From a bacterium (GTDB lineage Bacteria; Actinomycetota; Acidimicrobiia; Spongiisociales; ZC4RG35): a DNA stretch of 64,000 bases. The notes beneath the pieces are model-generated. The model saw only the letters and a program-made list of their open reading frames with translations. It did not search any database and was not told the DNA's origin. Positions 18,180 to 28,074 of the stretch are shown in pieces. The DNA is taken from positions 53,654 through 117,653 of the forward strand of contig JAPPFD010000002.1 of NCBI GenBank assembly GCA_028823995.1, written 5' to 3'. A program made the position numbers and the translations under genes. Each line of letters starts with the position of its first letter. The stretch's first letter is position 1.

Positions 18180-18195
18180 ACGAGAAGCGGGTGAG

Positions 18196-19080
18196 ATGAA
18201 CCGGTTCCGTCTGTCCGAGAGGGGCGCCGAGCGGCTCAGCATCTCGGTCCTCCTCGCCCCGGCGGTGGCCGTCATCGTCCTCCTCTTCCTGGGAGGACTG
18301 GCGTCGGGTTTCCTGCGGAGCCTCAACTACTTCCCTCTGATCGGGCTGAACGACTTCAATTTCGACGCCTACTTCGCGATCTTCACCGACAACGGGTTCC
18401 TGCAGAGCCTGGTGCTCACCTTCCACATCGCCTTCACCTCCACCCTGATCGCCAGCATCCTGGCGGTGGCCTCCGCGCTGTTGCTCCGCCCCGCCTTCCG
18501 GGGAAAGCGCATCGTCCACTTCTTCTTCTCCCTCAACCTCACCATTCCCCACCTGGTCGGCGCCATCGGAGTCCTCTACCTCTTCCAGAACAGCGGACTG
18601 GTATCGCGGATCATGACCGGCCTCGACATCATCCAACGCCCCGCCGACTTTCCCGCCATGGTGTTCGACCCGTGGGCGATCGGGATCATCATCCAGTACG
18701 TGTGGAAGGAGATCCCCTTCATCGGGGTGATCGTCCTCGCCATCCTGCTGTCGGTCGGAGAGGACTACGAGTCGGTGGCCCGCTCCCTGGGCGCCAACCG
18801 CTGGCAGGCCTTCAGACAGGTCACCCTCCCCCTGATCATGCCCGGGGTGGTATCGGCATCGGTGATCGTGTTCGCCTTCACCTTCGGCGCCTTCGAGATC
18901 CCCTACCTCCTGGGACGAACCTTCCCCGCCGCGCTACCCGTCCTTGCCTACCAGAGCTACACCGACGTCGACCTGGCCGCCCGCCCCCAGGCAATGGCCA
19001 TGGCCATGGTGATCGCCTTCATCTCGACGCTCCTGATCATGGCATACATGAAGCTGTCGCGGGTCTACATAAGGGAATGA
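18196..19080 (+). CDS. ABC transporter permease (PotB/spermidine-putrescine-type, binding-protein-dependent family)
   Basis: 6-TM permease with the EAA-like loop (ESVARSLGANRWQAFRQVTLP). Confidence 0.8.
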   Translation: MNRFRLSERGAERLSISVLLAPAVAVIVLLFLGGLASGFLRSLNYFPLIGLNDFNFDAYFAIFTDNGFLQSLVLTFHIAFTSTLIASILAVASALLLRPAFRGKRIVHFFFSLNLTIPHLVGAIGVLYLFQNSGLVSRIMTGLDIIQRPADFPAMVFDPWAIGIIIQYVWKEIPFIGVIVLAILLSVGEDYESVARSLGANRWQAFRQVTLPLIMPGVVSASVIVFAFTFGAFEIPYLLGRTFPAALPVLAYQSYTDVDLAARPQAMAMAMVIAFISTLLIMAYMKLSRVYIRE

Positions 19081-19093
19081 CGGTGAAACACTC

Positions 19094-19942
19094 ATGACCA
19101 CCGCGCCCGCGCCCCTCCCCGGCATAGCCCCCCGCACAATCGGGCGGACCACCCTGCGCTGGGCGGGGATCATGGGCCTTCTCGCCTTCCTGGTGGCGCC
19201 CATGGTGCCGCTCTTCATCTGGTCGATCAGCTTCCGGTGGTTCTACCCCGACATCCTGCCCAGCGAGTACTCGGCCCGCGCCTGGGAACAGGTGATCTCC
19301 CCCACCAACAACGTCATAGGCGCCACCGGGCAGACCACCCTGATCGCCCTCTTATGCACCGTCCTCTCGGTCCTCTTGGGAGTGCCGGCCGGCCGCGCGC
19401 TGGGACTCCACAACTTCAAGGGAAAGCGCATCGTCGAGGTCCTGATCCTCGCTCCCATCATCGTCCCCGGCCTGGCGGTGGTGCTCGGCATCGACACCAT
19501 GTTCATCCGCTACGGGCTCTCGGGAAACATCCTGGGAGTGACCCTCGTCCACCTGGTGCCCACCCTCCCCTACATGACCCTGGTGATGTCCGGCGTCTAC
19601 GCCAACTACGACGTCGACTACGAGCTCCAGGCGCGCTCTTTAGGCGCGGGACGCTGGGCCACCCAGCGCTACGTCACCCTCCCCGCCGTCTTTCCCGGCG
19701 TGGTGGTGGGCGCACTCTTCACCTTCCTGATCTCCTGGAGCCAGTACGTCCTCACCCTCCTGATCGGTGACGGACAGGTGGAGACCCTCCCCATCCTGTT
19801 GTTCAATTTCGCCCGCTCCGAACCAGCCATCGCCGGCGCGCTGAGCGTGGTCTTCATCCTGCCGGGCATACTGGTGCTGCTCCTGAGCTCCAAGTACCTG
19901 TCCGGCGACAGCGCCGCAGTAGGAGGTATCGGCAACATATGA
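19094..19942 (+). CDS. ABC transporter permease (PotC-type)
   Basis: 6-TM permease with the EAA loop (ELQARSLGAGRWATQRYVTLP). Confidence 0.8.
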   Translation: MTTAPAPLPGIAPRTIGRTTLRWAGIMGLLAFLVAPMVPLFIWSISFRWFYPDILPSEYSARAWEQVISPTNNVIGATGQTTLIALLCTVLSVLLGVPAGRALGLHNFKGKRIVEVLILAPIIVPGLAVVLGIDTMFIRYGLSGNILGVTLVHLVPTLPYMTLVMSGVYANYDVDYELQARSLGAGRWATQRYVTLPAVFPGVVVGALFTFLISWSQYVLTLLIGDGQVETLPILLFNFARSEPAIAGALSVVFILPGILVLLLSSKYLSGDSAAVGGIGNI

Positions 19943-21012
19943 CCCAAGTGACACTCAGCGGACTGACCAAGATCTTCGACCAGAAGTCGCCCCCCGCCGT
20001 GGACAACCTGGACCTGGAGATCGAGTCCGGAAAGCTCACCGCCCTCCTGGGACCCTCGGGATGCGGAAAGACCACCACCATGAAGATGATCGCCGGCCTC
20101 CTCCGGCCCACCGCGGGAGACATCCTCTTCGACGGAGACTCGATCCTCAGCATCAAGCCCGAAGAGCGCGGCGCGGTGATGGTGTTCCAGAACTACCTGC
20201 TGTTCCCCTACATGAACATCGCCGACAACATCGGCTTCGGCCTGAAGATGCGAAAGGTGAACAAAAAAGAGATCCGATCGCGGGTGCAGGACATGCTCGA
20301 CCTGGTGCAGCTCCCCGGCTTCGAGGACCGAAAGCCCAACCAGCTCTCGGGCGGACAGCAGCAGCGGATCGCCCTGGCCCGCGCGCTGATAGTCCAGCCC
20401 AACGTGTTGCTGTTGGACGAGCCCCTCTCCAACCTCGACGCCCACCTCCGCGACGAGATGCGCGTGCTGATCCGGAGGATCCAGACCGAGATGGGGATCA
20501 CCACCGTCTTCGTCACCCACGACCAGGAGGAAGCCGTGGTGCTGGCCGACAAGGTGGCACTCCTATTCGACGGGCGCCTCCAGCAGTTCGACGCTCCCGA
20601 TTCCTTCTACGACACGCCCAACACCGTCGATATCGCCACCTTCTTCGGCGGCACCAACTTCATCCCGGGCTACTACCTGGACGGTACGATCACCACCGAC
20701 ATCGGAGTCTTCGACGCACCCAACTCGCTGGTTCCCGAAGGAGACGCAGTGCTGAGCATCCGCCCCGAAGCGGTCGACCTGGGCGAAGGAGGCGAGAACA
20801 GCGTCTCCGGCACCGTCCTGTCCCATGTCTACGCGGGACGCTACGCGCGCTTCCAGATCAGGATCGGCGACATCGAGATCGAGGCGGTCACCGAACCCGG
20901 ACAGGTCAAGTTGTTCGCCGACGGAGACAATATCCCGGTGAAGTTCGATCCCGACAAGATCTGGGTCCTGGGACCGAACACCGCCGAACAACCCGCCGCC
21001 ACCACCGGTTAG
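19939..21012 (+). CDS. ABC transporter ATP-binding protein (PotA/MalK-like with C-terminal TOBE-like domain)
   Basis: Walker A GPSGCGKTT, signature LSGGQQQRIALARAL, Walker B LLLDEP, H-loop. ATGA overlap with the upstream permease. Confidence 0.8.
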   Translation: MTQVTLSGLTKIFDQKSPPAVDNLDLEIESGKLTALLGPSGCGKTTTMKMIAGLLRPTAGDILFDGDSILSIKPEERGAVMVFQNYLLFPYMNIADNIGFGLKMRKVNKKEIRSRVQDMLDLVQLPGFEDRKPNQLSGGQQQRIALARALIVQPNVLLLDEPLSNLDAHLRDEMRVLIRRIQTEMGITTVFVTHDQEEAVVLADKVALLFDGRLQQFDAPDSFYDTPNTVDIATFFGGTNFIPGYYLDGTITTDIGVFDAPNSLVPEGDAVLSIRPEAVDLGEGGENSVSGTVLSHVYAGRYARFQIRIGDIEIEAVTEPGQVKLFADGDNIPVKFDPDKIWVLGPNTAEQPAATTG

Positions 21013-21019
21013 GGACCCC

Positions 21020-22246
21020 TTGGCCCGCTCCGGTCCTTCCGGTGGGTCCATCTCCACGCCCGACAACGGAACCCGCTGGGGTCTGATCGTCGCCGGATGG
21101 TCGGTGTACGCCCTCTACTACATGGGGAGGGTCAACTTCTCTGTGGCAGTCCCCGGACTCGGGGAGGAACAGGGACTCGACGCCATTCGCATCGGCGCTC
21201 TGGCGGCCGGGTTCTTCTGGGTGTACTCGCTGTCGGCGCTCCCGGTCGGGATCCTGGCCGACCGGATCGGCGCACGCCTCCTGGTCGGACTGGGCCTGGT
21301 GGGAAGCGGGCTGATGAACGTCCTCTTCATCCTGACCATCCACAACTTCGCCCTATCGCTGGTCATCTGGTCGGCCAACGGGATCTTCCAGGCCATGGGA
21401 TGGACACCAATCATGGGAGCAATAGGCCGCTGGGTATCCCAGAAGGGAGCCGGACGGATCATCTCCTCCTTCGGTTCCTCCTTCGTAGCCGGGACCGCTC
21501 TCACCTTCGCCCTAGGGGGCTCCATCGTCGAACAAGGCGGGGTCGCAGCCGTGTTCATGGCCGCCGGCATCGTTCTGATTCCCGCCGGCGTCGCCTGGTG
21601 GATCGGAGTGCGCGATCCGATCCAACCGTCATCGGGTGCCAACCGCCCGCGTGCCTCGATCGCCCGAGCGCTCGGACTCCTCCCCCCGGCGGTGGCCTTG
21701 GGTGCCGCGTTCGTTGCGCTGGTGGTGTGGACGCCTGCCTACTTCGTAGAGGTGCACAACCAGGCGGTGGGCCGTTCCGGACTACTCTCCGCCGCCATGC
21801 CGGCCATAGCCATCGGCGCCATCCTCGCCATCGGGCGCTGGTTTCGACACTCCCGCGGTCCGGGCGCCGCCCAGAGGGGCGCCCTGGTGCTGGGAGCCAC
21901 CGCAGCGGCACTGGCAATGGTCAGCCAGGCGTCCGGTCTGCTGGCGGGATTCGCCACCGTCGCGGTAGCCACCGCCCTGGTCGGCGCGTCATCTTCCATC
22001 GTGCTCAGCCTGTTTCCCAGGATGACCTCTCCCACAGGCGTGGCGTTGGTCAGCGGCATCTATTCGCTGGGTTTCAACCTGGGCGGCGGCGCAGGATCAC
22101 CGATCGTGGGAAGGCTCGTCGACCAGGACGCCTGGGACGGGGTGTTCCTATTCCTGGCCGGATCCGTCCTGGCAGGTGCAATCTGGATCATCGGCTGGTA
22201 CATATGGACACGATCCCGCCTACACGAAGTGAGACTCGGCCGATGA
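21020..22246 (+). CDS. MFS transporter
   Basis: 12 predicted TM helices and MFS loop motifs (ILADRIGARLL). The start is uncertain (possibly ATG at about 21122, MGRVNF). Confidence 0.7.
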   Translation: MARSGPSGGSISTPDNGTRWGLIVAGWSVYALYYMGRVNFSVAVPGLGEEQGLDAIRIGALAAGFFWVYSLSALPVGILADRIGARLLVGLGLVGSGLMNVLFILTIHNFALSLVIWSANGIFQAMGWTPIMGAIGRWVSQKGAGRIISSFGSSFVAGTALTFALGGSIVEQGGVAAVFMAAGIVLIPAGVAWWIGVRDPIQPSSGANRPRASIARALGLLPPAVALGAAFVALVVWTPAYFVEVHNQAVGRSGLLSAAMPAIAIGAILAIGRWFRHSRGPGAAQRGALVLGATAAALAMVSQASGLLAGFATVAVATALVGASSSIVLSLFPRMTSPTGVALVSGIYSLGFNLGGGAGSPIVGRLVDQDAWDGVFLFLAGSVLAGAIWIIGWYIWTRSRLHEVRLGR

Positions 22247-23031
22247 ACGATCGCCAACCCAAACACAGAGCCGTGATGGACCTCGGCCGAGAAGAATGGC
22301 TGGAGGCGCTCGGAATGGACGCCGCAGACATCCCGAAAGCAGTGATCATGGAGGGCTCCTGGTGGCGAGCCCAACGCACCGAGTGGCGCCTGAGCTACCT
22401 GGACGACGTGCGTGAACTCGCCTTCCCAGACATGTTCTACGGCTTCTGGCAAGGATCACCCGTCGTCTACTCCTGCGTCTACGGAGCACCAAGGGCCGTC
22501 GAGTTGGCACACCTGTTCGGAGTACTGGGCACCTCCCGGATGGTGATAATCGGCACCTGCGGCGCTCTAGATCCCGGGTTGGCTACCGGGGACGTGGTCG
22601 TCCCTTCGCGAGCCGTGGCTCGGGAGGGCGTAGCGCACCTCTACAAGACAGTGACCTCAGACCCCGGCATCGTCCGCTCCGACCGGCACCTGACCGCGCA
22701 AGGTAGGACTGCCCTGGAGAACAGGGGTATCAGAACCGCGGACTCCCTACATCTGACCTGGAGTTCCATCTTCGCCCAGAGCGGAGCCATGGTCGAGGAA
22801 TGGCGGGAGACAGCCTACGGATCAGTCGACATGGAAGCCGCCACACTCTTCGCCGTAGCAAAACACTTCGGCTTCGCCGCCACAGCGCTGCTGGTGGTCT
22901 GGGATCAACTCACCGCCGATCGAAGCTTCCTCGACCCCCTAACGCCTGAGGAGCAAAGCAGTCTTGAGGTTGCCAACATGACCGTATTCGAGGCAACTCT
23001 GGACATAGTGTTGAGTCCAGACCACCTTTGA
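22243..23031 (+). CDS. Nucleoside phosphorylase (PNP/UDP family 1)
   Basis: ATG in ORF 21097..23031 overlapping the upstream stop (ATGA). PNP_UDP_1-like motifs (IIGTCGALDP, MEAATLFAVA). 262 aa. Confidence 0.7.
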   Translation: MNDRQPKHRAVMDLGREEWLEALGMDAADIPKAVIMEGSWWRAQRTEWRLSYLDDVRELAFPDMFYGFWQGSPVVYSCVYGAPRAVELAHLFGVLGTSRMVIIGTCGALDPGLATGDVVVPSRAVAREGVAHLYKTVTSDPGIVRSDRHLTAQGRTALENRGIRTADSLHLTWSSIFAQSGAMVEEWRETAYGSVDMEAATLFAVAKHFGFAATALLVVWDQLTADRSFLDPLTPEEQSSLEVANMTVFEATLDIVLSPDHL

Positions 23032-23143
23032 CACATAAACCGGATTACCACAGACTCGCCTTAAGATCGAAGAAAAGCATAACCAACGATTTGGAGGTCA
23101 TCCACGGTCCTCTTCTTCTGGGACCACGACCCAGACAACTCTC

Positions 23144-26100
23144 CTATCCATCGGATCCTAGCAACTCGATCATCCCTTCAGGTAAACCAAAGCGTTCCGA
23201 TACCCTGACTTCCCTAAAACGGCTTGTCCTTCTTCCCAGGGATTCCTCAAGTAAGCTGACGTAGCGCCTTTGTGCACGATAGTCTCTTGCCGGCATCAAT
23301 GCCTTCAATGCTATCACAAACCCCGTTGCTTCATCACCCAGTAATCGATTGTTTTCCAATGTGTTAACTATTCTATTGAAGGCATCGCCGCGTGAACACC
23401 CGATATCTTGGGCAATGGATATCAGATCTTCCTTGCCGCCACCTAGCCAGACATTCTGTTGGCAGAGCTTGATCAACAGACCTGCTAGCTTTTCGTTCGG
23501 CTTGTCAAGCGCTTCGACTTTCTTGATCTCCAGTCCCAGATCGCCTAACTGCCCTCGTTCTGCTACTGCCCCCAGAACCGGCAACATCGCCGTGTCCCTA
23601 TTCAGAACATCGTAAGCTCTCCGCAAGACTTCAACACCATCGTCGACCAGTGACGAGTTACCAACGTGGCAGTCAAAGGAGGAGTGTCTTCTTCCCACGG
23701 TAAGAAATAGCTTTGCCCCAGCAGTTGGTGATTCACTGACCAAGTTAGCCAACACATGAAGGGGAACAGGCTGTCCCGCAGGAAGCACTCGATAAATCTC
23801 TTCTAATGTATCCACATCCGTCTGCCGTAAGGTAGGAAAGTCCTCTAAGCGTGCGGGGAAGGAGTAAAGGAACATTAACCAGTTGATAACTTCAGCAACG
23901 AACTGACGGGACCTACCGGAAGGCAAATTACTAAACAGTGGTATCACATCTTCTAAGGTTCTTCTATCCGCATCCATAATAAACATCGGATTAAAAACCT
24001 TCAACGGCGATAACGTTACTGGAAATCCAGTAGTCCCAATTCTCGCGTCGAACGGCAAACGCTGATCCGCCATTGAAAGCACATCTTCCCACACGATACC
24101 CTCATCGAACCAGCGAGTCTCGGCTGTGATCCAATCGTCTTGGTCGCCCAATCTCCCTTCTTTGGCTCCGTCTGCCAGCTCCAATAGCTTTTTCGCATCG
24201 GTACATGACTCCAGACACGCTACAATAGGCCACGGTAATGTTCGCCACACAGTCCTATTCGCTGCATGGTCCTCGTCAAAGGAGACCTTTGCAAAGGCCT
24301 TAAGTGTACTCGCTAACATATCTTTGGAAGGTGCCTCTAAGAATCTGCCAGCCCACTTATACGGTAGCCAACTGGGATGCCAGTCAGAAATCGCATTAAG
24401 CGTTTGCAAAACCGTCGCGCTACCAGGAGTCAACCGGTTAATTGGCCCGTAGGACAACATCGTATCTAAAACCGTGACTCTAGGGCCGCCGTGATGTCTA
24501 GGAGACTCCAGTATTGAAATCGCGGCTTTTAGGGTCGGGTCCACGTCCTGTCGCTCCAATAATGCCCTTCGTTTTTCTGACTGGAACACACCTACAAACG
24601 TACCAATGGGTGTCCTCGGAATTAGGCGCAGCACCTGCTCAGTTGCCCAACCGTTCTTAGTGTGGTCAGTGTCGGCTAACAGAATATCAACCTGGTCTTG
24701 GACGCCATTAGGCCAATAACTGTTTGCCATGTCGGTAGCCCAGTCGACGTCATTAGCGACAAGCGCAAGTAAACAATTCCAAGCTCCTAAGAACTTAACA
24801 TGGTCGCTACCTGTAAGTCGCAGCCCTAATTCGTCTCGGTAAATGGTCTCCATTTGAGAATCATACACATTAGCTAACTGTGCATGCAGACGGGGGTTGG
24901 CCTTATCCAGCGCTCTAATCGCCAGTCTCCCTAGCAGCGTTTTGTATTTCGGCTGCCGCCGTGCCGAACCCTCCTCTAGCAAGGCGATGGCCAGGTCCGC
25001 ACCCACTAAGTGCAAACCTTCCCCCTCGTTACCGTCTTCTTCATTCAAAGCGGCACAAGTTGAATGCACCAACTCGCGAAGCTCCTGCCGCTGAGCAAAA
25101 CATTTGCCCGCAGCAAACAAGAAAACGTTCCTCCAGAATGGGATGGGAGCTATTTCCTCTAATCGCGCCTGGATGTCGGGATAGGTGTCCTCCACTAAGC
25201 TCTCTGCCGCCATAAACTCTTGCAACGAGCGGATTTCAAATCCTATTCTCTCCGCTTCCATTTCGACCAAAAACACCAAACGCTCCGAGGCCGCTGCCAC
25301 GATCTGTTCGGCGATAGTGCGTCGATCCTCCTCCGGATGTTCCTCCGCCCTTAGCCGCGCTTCTACAAGAGACACAAATCGATGGCGATCCAACAAAGCG
25401 TCTGTTCTGCCTGTCCTTTCAGAGTCCACTTGAAGGATGAGGCCCACTTGGTTGTGGATAGTCCTAATGTCGGGTTCGTATTCACTCAATATCCTTGACG
25501 CAGAGATGTCCCTTTCCATTTCTCTGTCGTATATGACGTCGTAATATGAATTAAACAGATTCCAACGCGCTTGTGGAGGCTGCCCTAAACGATCTACCAA
25601 CGCAGTCATAATCGTTACCTGCAACGGTGTCCTCATCAAACGACTGGTTGATGGATCTCCAAAAGCCCGCCTTAACCGGCCTAACACCTTTTCTTTCCGA
25701 TCTTCGTCAGCACCATACCGGACTGCAGCGAGCCGCTGCGCATAATGCCAACCAAGTTGTTCCGACAACTCGGCCAGATGTTGGTGTTGGTAATACAGCG
25801 GTGAAAAGTCCTCATTGTAGCCTTGGGGGCGACTAGTCGCTATTGAGAGAATGTCCGCGTTAGCACTGCTGGCATCCACCCAGAACTCTCTAATGGCACG
25901 CAGAACTTCATCTCTGTTGCTTGAAGGTGGTACCTCATCTAATCCGTCAAAAATGAAGACACTTGGATAGACCGCGAGGAACTGACGTAGATCCGCCGGT
26001 GATACCTCGGCATCAGTGCGTCTCTTTATTTGTGATGACAAATAGCCAAGCACGGAGTATATTGGCGACTCCGAACTGGGAGCCAAAGCCTTGGCAAAAT

Positions 26101-27205
26101 CGTTTAATGTCAATTTAAAAGGAAAGCGAGGCACGACTTTATGCGAGATGTTTTCGCTTTCGCAATGGTGCTGAATCGTTCCTAAGGCACCCTTTGTGGG
26201 CGGAGACCATGTATGCTCAGGTTTTCTCGCGATGACCGCAGCACGGAAGATTTGGCAAATGAACTGCGTCAACGTAGTCTTTCCCTGACCTGGACCTCCG
26301 ATCAATACAAACCGCCCGCGGGATGCTCCAGCTAAACCTGCCTCAATGCGGTCTGGCACTGGAGAGGCACCCACAGAAGCAGGATCAAGACGTTCGGAAG
26401 ATGCGGCCAATACGTTTCTGATGAATCCTTCCTTAAGCTGAGGCCGGCCGACATCATTAAGATCCTCAAGGGCCTCGCCCAGCATATGTGACCTAATCAT
26501 ATTGGGCTCATGTTGAATAGGCAGGTCAACAAACACCGTGGCTAGAGGTATAGGTTCGTTTACAGTGTGACCAGCTTGCTCCAGATTGACGTACTCATCG
26601 CTTAGCAATTCCTTTTCCAAAAACCGCGTCATGGTAGTATGCATGTCAACCGATGCCGGTTTTAGTGTCGCAAAGGCGGCCGCGAGCACATCGCCTGGCG
26701 TTATGAAAGTGGAATAGGTGGTCCTAACTTCAGGATAAATGTCAAGGAATATGCGAATCTGGTCATAGTCCCATATGGCGTAGTCCTTGAGATGTGATTG
26801 CGATTTGAATTCCTTTAGAACGGCAAATGCCTTGTCTTTGGAACCTTTATCCTTTACTGGTGTTAGAACCACATTCGTAGCGTAAATGAAGAAATCAGGT
26901 GACCGTATGTTGGTGTCTGGGTCGGTATACTTTTGTAACTCGTCCCTTAGTTGCTCTACTGCCCATAGCCCGTCTTCATAGACATTGCCGGAACGCTGCC
27001 GGAATTTTGCCTGTACAACGCCATAACCATCCCAGCCATCTAAATGCGTGGGGTAAGGTACCTTCCGTTCGAAAGTCGCCTCTCGCCCACCGTCGGGGCC
27101 ATCCCCAAACACCACAATCCCAGGGCCCAAAACCTTAGCTGCTAACGCTTGAATCAACTGCTCAAACGAGCGGGGAGATAAAGTTGAAAGGTTGTAGTCA
27201 GCCAT
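23144..27205 (-). CDS. Bacterial NLR-like (bNACHT / Avs-like) STAND NTPase with an N-terminal Mrr-type restriction-endonuclease domain and a long C-terminal helical sensor-like region (1353 aa). Putative antiviral defence protein.
   Basis: Residues 1-70 match the Mrr_cat pattern (SFEQLIQAL...GDGPDGGRE...GVVQAKF). NACHT-type NTPase: Walker A at about aa 300-312 (FVLIGGPGQGKTT), Walker B (VFIFDGLDE) and the NACHT-specific TSR motif (ILSIATSRPQGY). About 750 C-terminal residues are helical-repeat-like. The gene is about 50% GC against a host background near 68%. Confidence 0.75.
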   Translation of the reverse strand: MADYNLSTLSPRSFEQLIQALAAKVLGPGIVVFGDGPDGGREATFERKVPYPTHLDGWDGYGVVQAKFRQRSGNVYEDGLWAVEQLRDELQKYTDPDTNIRSPDFFIYATNVVLTPVKDKGSKDKAFAVLKEFKSQSHLKDYAIWDYDQIRIFLDIYPEVRTTYSTFITPGDVLAAAFATLKPASVDMHTTMTRFLEKELLSDEYVNLEQAGHTVNEPIPLATVFVDLPIQHEPNMIRSHMLGEALEDLNDVGRPQLKEGFIRNVLAASSERLDPASVGASPVPDRIEAGLAGASRGRFVLIGGPGQGKTTLTQFICQIFRAAVIARKPEHTWSPPTKGALGTIQHHCESENISHKVVPRFPFKLTLNDFAKALAPSSESPIYSVLGYLSSQIKRRTDAEVSPADLRQFLAVYPSVFIFDGLDEVPPSSNRDEVLRAIREFWVDASSANADILSIATSRPQGYNEDFSPLYYQHQHLAELSEQLGWHYAQRLAAVRYGADEDRKEKVLGRLRRAFGDPSTSRLMRTPLQVTIMTALVDRLGQPPQARWNLFNSYYDVIYDREMERDISASRILSEYEPDIRTIHNQVGLILQVDSERTGRTDALLDRHRFVSLVEARLRAEEHPEEDRRTIAEQIVAAASERLVFLVEMEAERIGFEIRSLQEFMAAESLVEDTYPDIQARLEEIAPIPFWRNVFLFAAGKCFAQRQELRELVHSTCAALNEEDGNEGEGLHLVGADLAIALLEEGSARRQPKYKTLLGRLAIRALDKANPRLHAQLANVYDSQMETIYRDELGLRLTGSDHVKFLGAWNCLLALVANDVDWATDMANSYWPNGVQDQVDILLADTDHTKNGWATEQVLRLIPRTPIGTFVGVFQSEKRRALLERQDVDPTLKAAISILESPRHHGGPRVTVLDTMLSYGPINRLTPGSATVLQTLNAISDWHPSWLPYKWAGRFLEAPSKDMLASTLKAFAKVSFDEDHAANRTVWRTLPWPIVACLESCTDAKKLLELADGAKEGRLGDQDDWITAETRWFDEGIVWEDVLSMADQRLPFDARIGTTGFPVTLSPLKVFNPMFIMDADRRTLEDVIPLFSNLPSGRSRQFVAEVINWLMFLYSFPARLEDFPTLRQTDVDTLEEIYRVLPAGQPVPLHVLANLVSESPTAGAKLFLTVGRRHSSFDCHVGNSSLVDDGVEVLRRAYDVLNRDTAMLPVLGAVAERGQLGDLGLEIKKVEALDKPNEKLAGLLIKLCQQNVWLGGGKEDLISIAQDIGCSRGDAFNRIVNTLENNRLLGDEATGFVIALKALMPARDYRAQRRYVSLLEESLGRRTSRFREVRVSERFGLPEGMIELLGSDG

Positions 27206-27576
27206 GTTTATGCATCGGCTGCTGTTGTGTGATAGGCGTATCCGGGCGAACCTTTACACGGTCCGGGGCATGCCAGGAAAAGAATTTGAGCATGATGAGA
27301 GAATACTAGCCGTCGACACATCGACTCTGCCGCAAGCCTAGGTGCATGAGGTTGTTCAATGTTGGGTAGTTTCCATACATGCTGCCCCCGAAGCCGCACC
27401 CCCTTTTGCCCCAGAATCCGCGCCCCACACTTCGCCGTAGCTAAACAGTCGGGATGACTGCGACCGCCCTACTGGCACTTCGGCATCAGGGTACAGAGCT
27501 TTCAGGGCCGCTCCATGCGTGTCACACCCGGATAGGTATCCTGGCGGGGGAGCCCATCCCAGGAGGATGATTGAGA

Positions 27577-27924
27577 ATGCGGTTGGAAGACCTGAACCCC
27601 GAAACGGTGGTCGATGGTCTCGTGGCGGGGGAACGGGCCACCGTGGTGGCCGTCTATTGGCATGGTGCGGGGACTGTCCAAGTGGTGTATCGCACATCCC
27701 AAGGTGTGTCTGAGAGGCTTCTGTCCCGCGACGACGAGGCCCGCCTGTTGGTTGCCACCGCAGAGCGTCCCTGGACGCTCGATGCGCCTGGTCACGCTTT
27801 CAAACTCGCATCAGAAGCGCTCCGCATCCACTTGGCGCATCTGTTCGATCCCTACCTAGCCGTCCAAGGGTCGAACATTAGCTGCATGTTGTGGAGGGAA
27901 TCGGCACTGCAGGCCAGAGGTTAG
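27577..27924 (+). CDS. Hypothetical protein (115 aa), divergent from the NLR-like gene
   Basis: Strong RBS aggagga 9 nt upstream of ATG 27577; a TTG at 27571 is also possible. No recognisable domain. Low-GC context. Confidence 0.4.
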   Translation: MRLEDLNPETVVDGLVAGERATVVAVYWHGAGTVQVVYRTSQGVSERLLSRDDEARLLVATAERPWTLDAPGHAFKLASEALRIHLAHLFDPYLAVQGSNISCMLWRESALQARG

Positions 27925-28074
27925 TCCCCTAAACAAAACTCCGTCTTACGGATCAGGGTTGCTAGCTCAACTGGTGTGGAAAGGAGATCTTCCTTTTCTC
28001 TTGCTACGATGGCACTTCGTCCTTGGTGACAGGATCCGTCGTGGTGGGTTGCCGAGAAAAGAGATCTCTGGGGA

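Noticed and set aside
21097-23031. 644-aa ORF overlapping the MFS gene
   Set aside because: Its front part is an Arg/Gly/Pro-rich alternative frame. The real gene is the nucleoside phosphorylase from ATG 22243.
23349-26000. Several small + strand ORFs inside the NLR-like gene (23349..23615, 24126..24452, 24961..25215, 25185..25433 and others)
   Set aside because: They lie antisense within a single long, motif-rich coding frame and have no RBS or recognisable domains.
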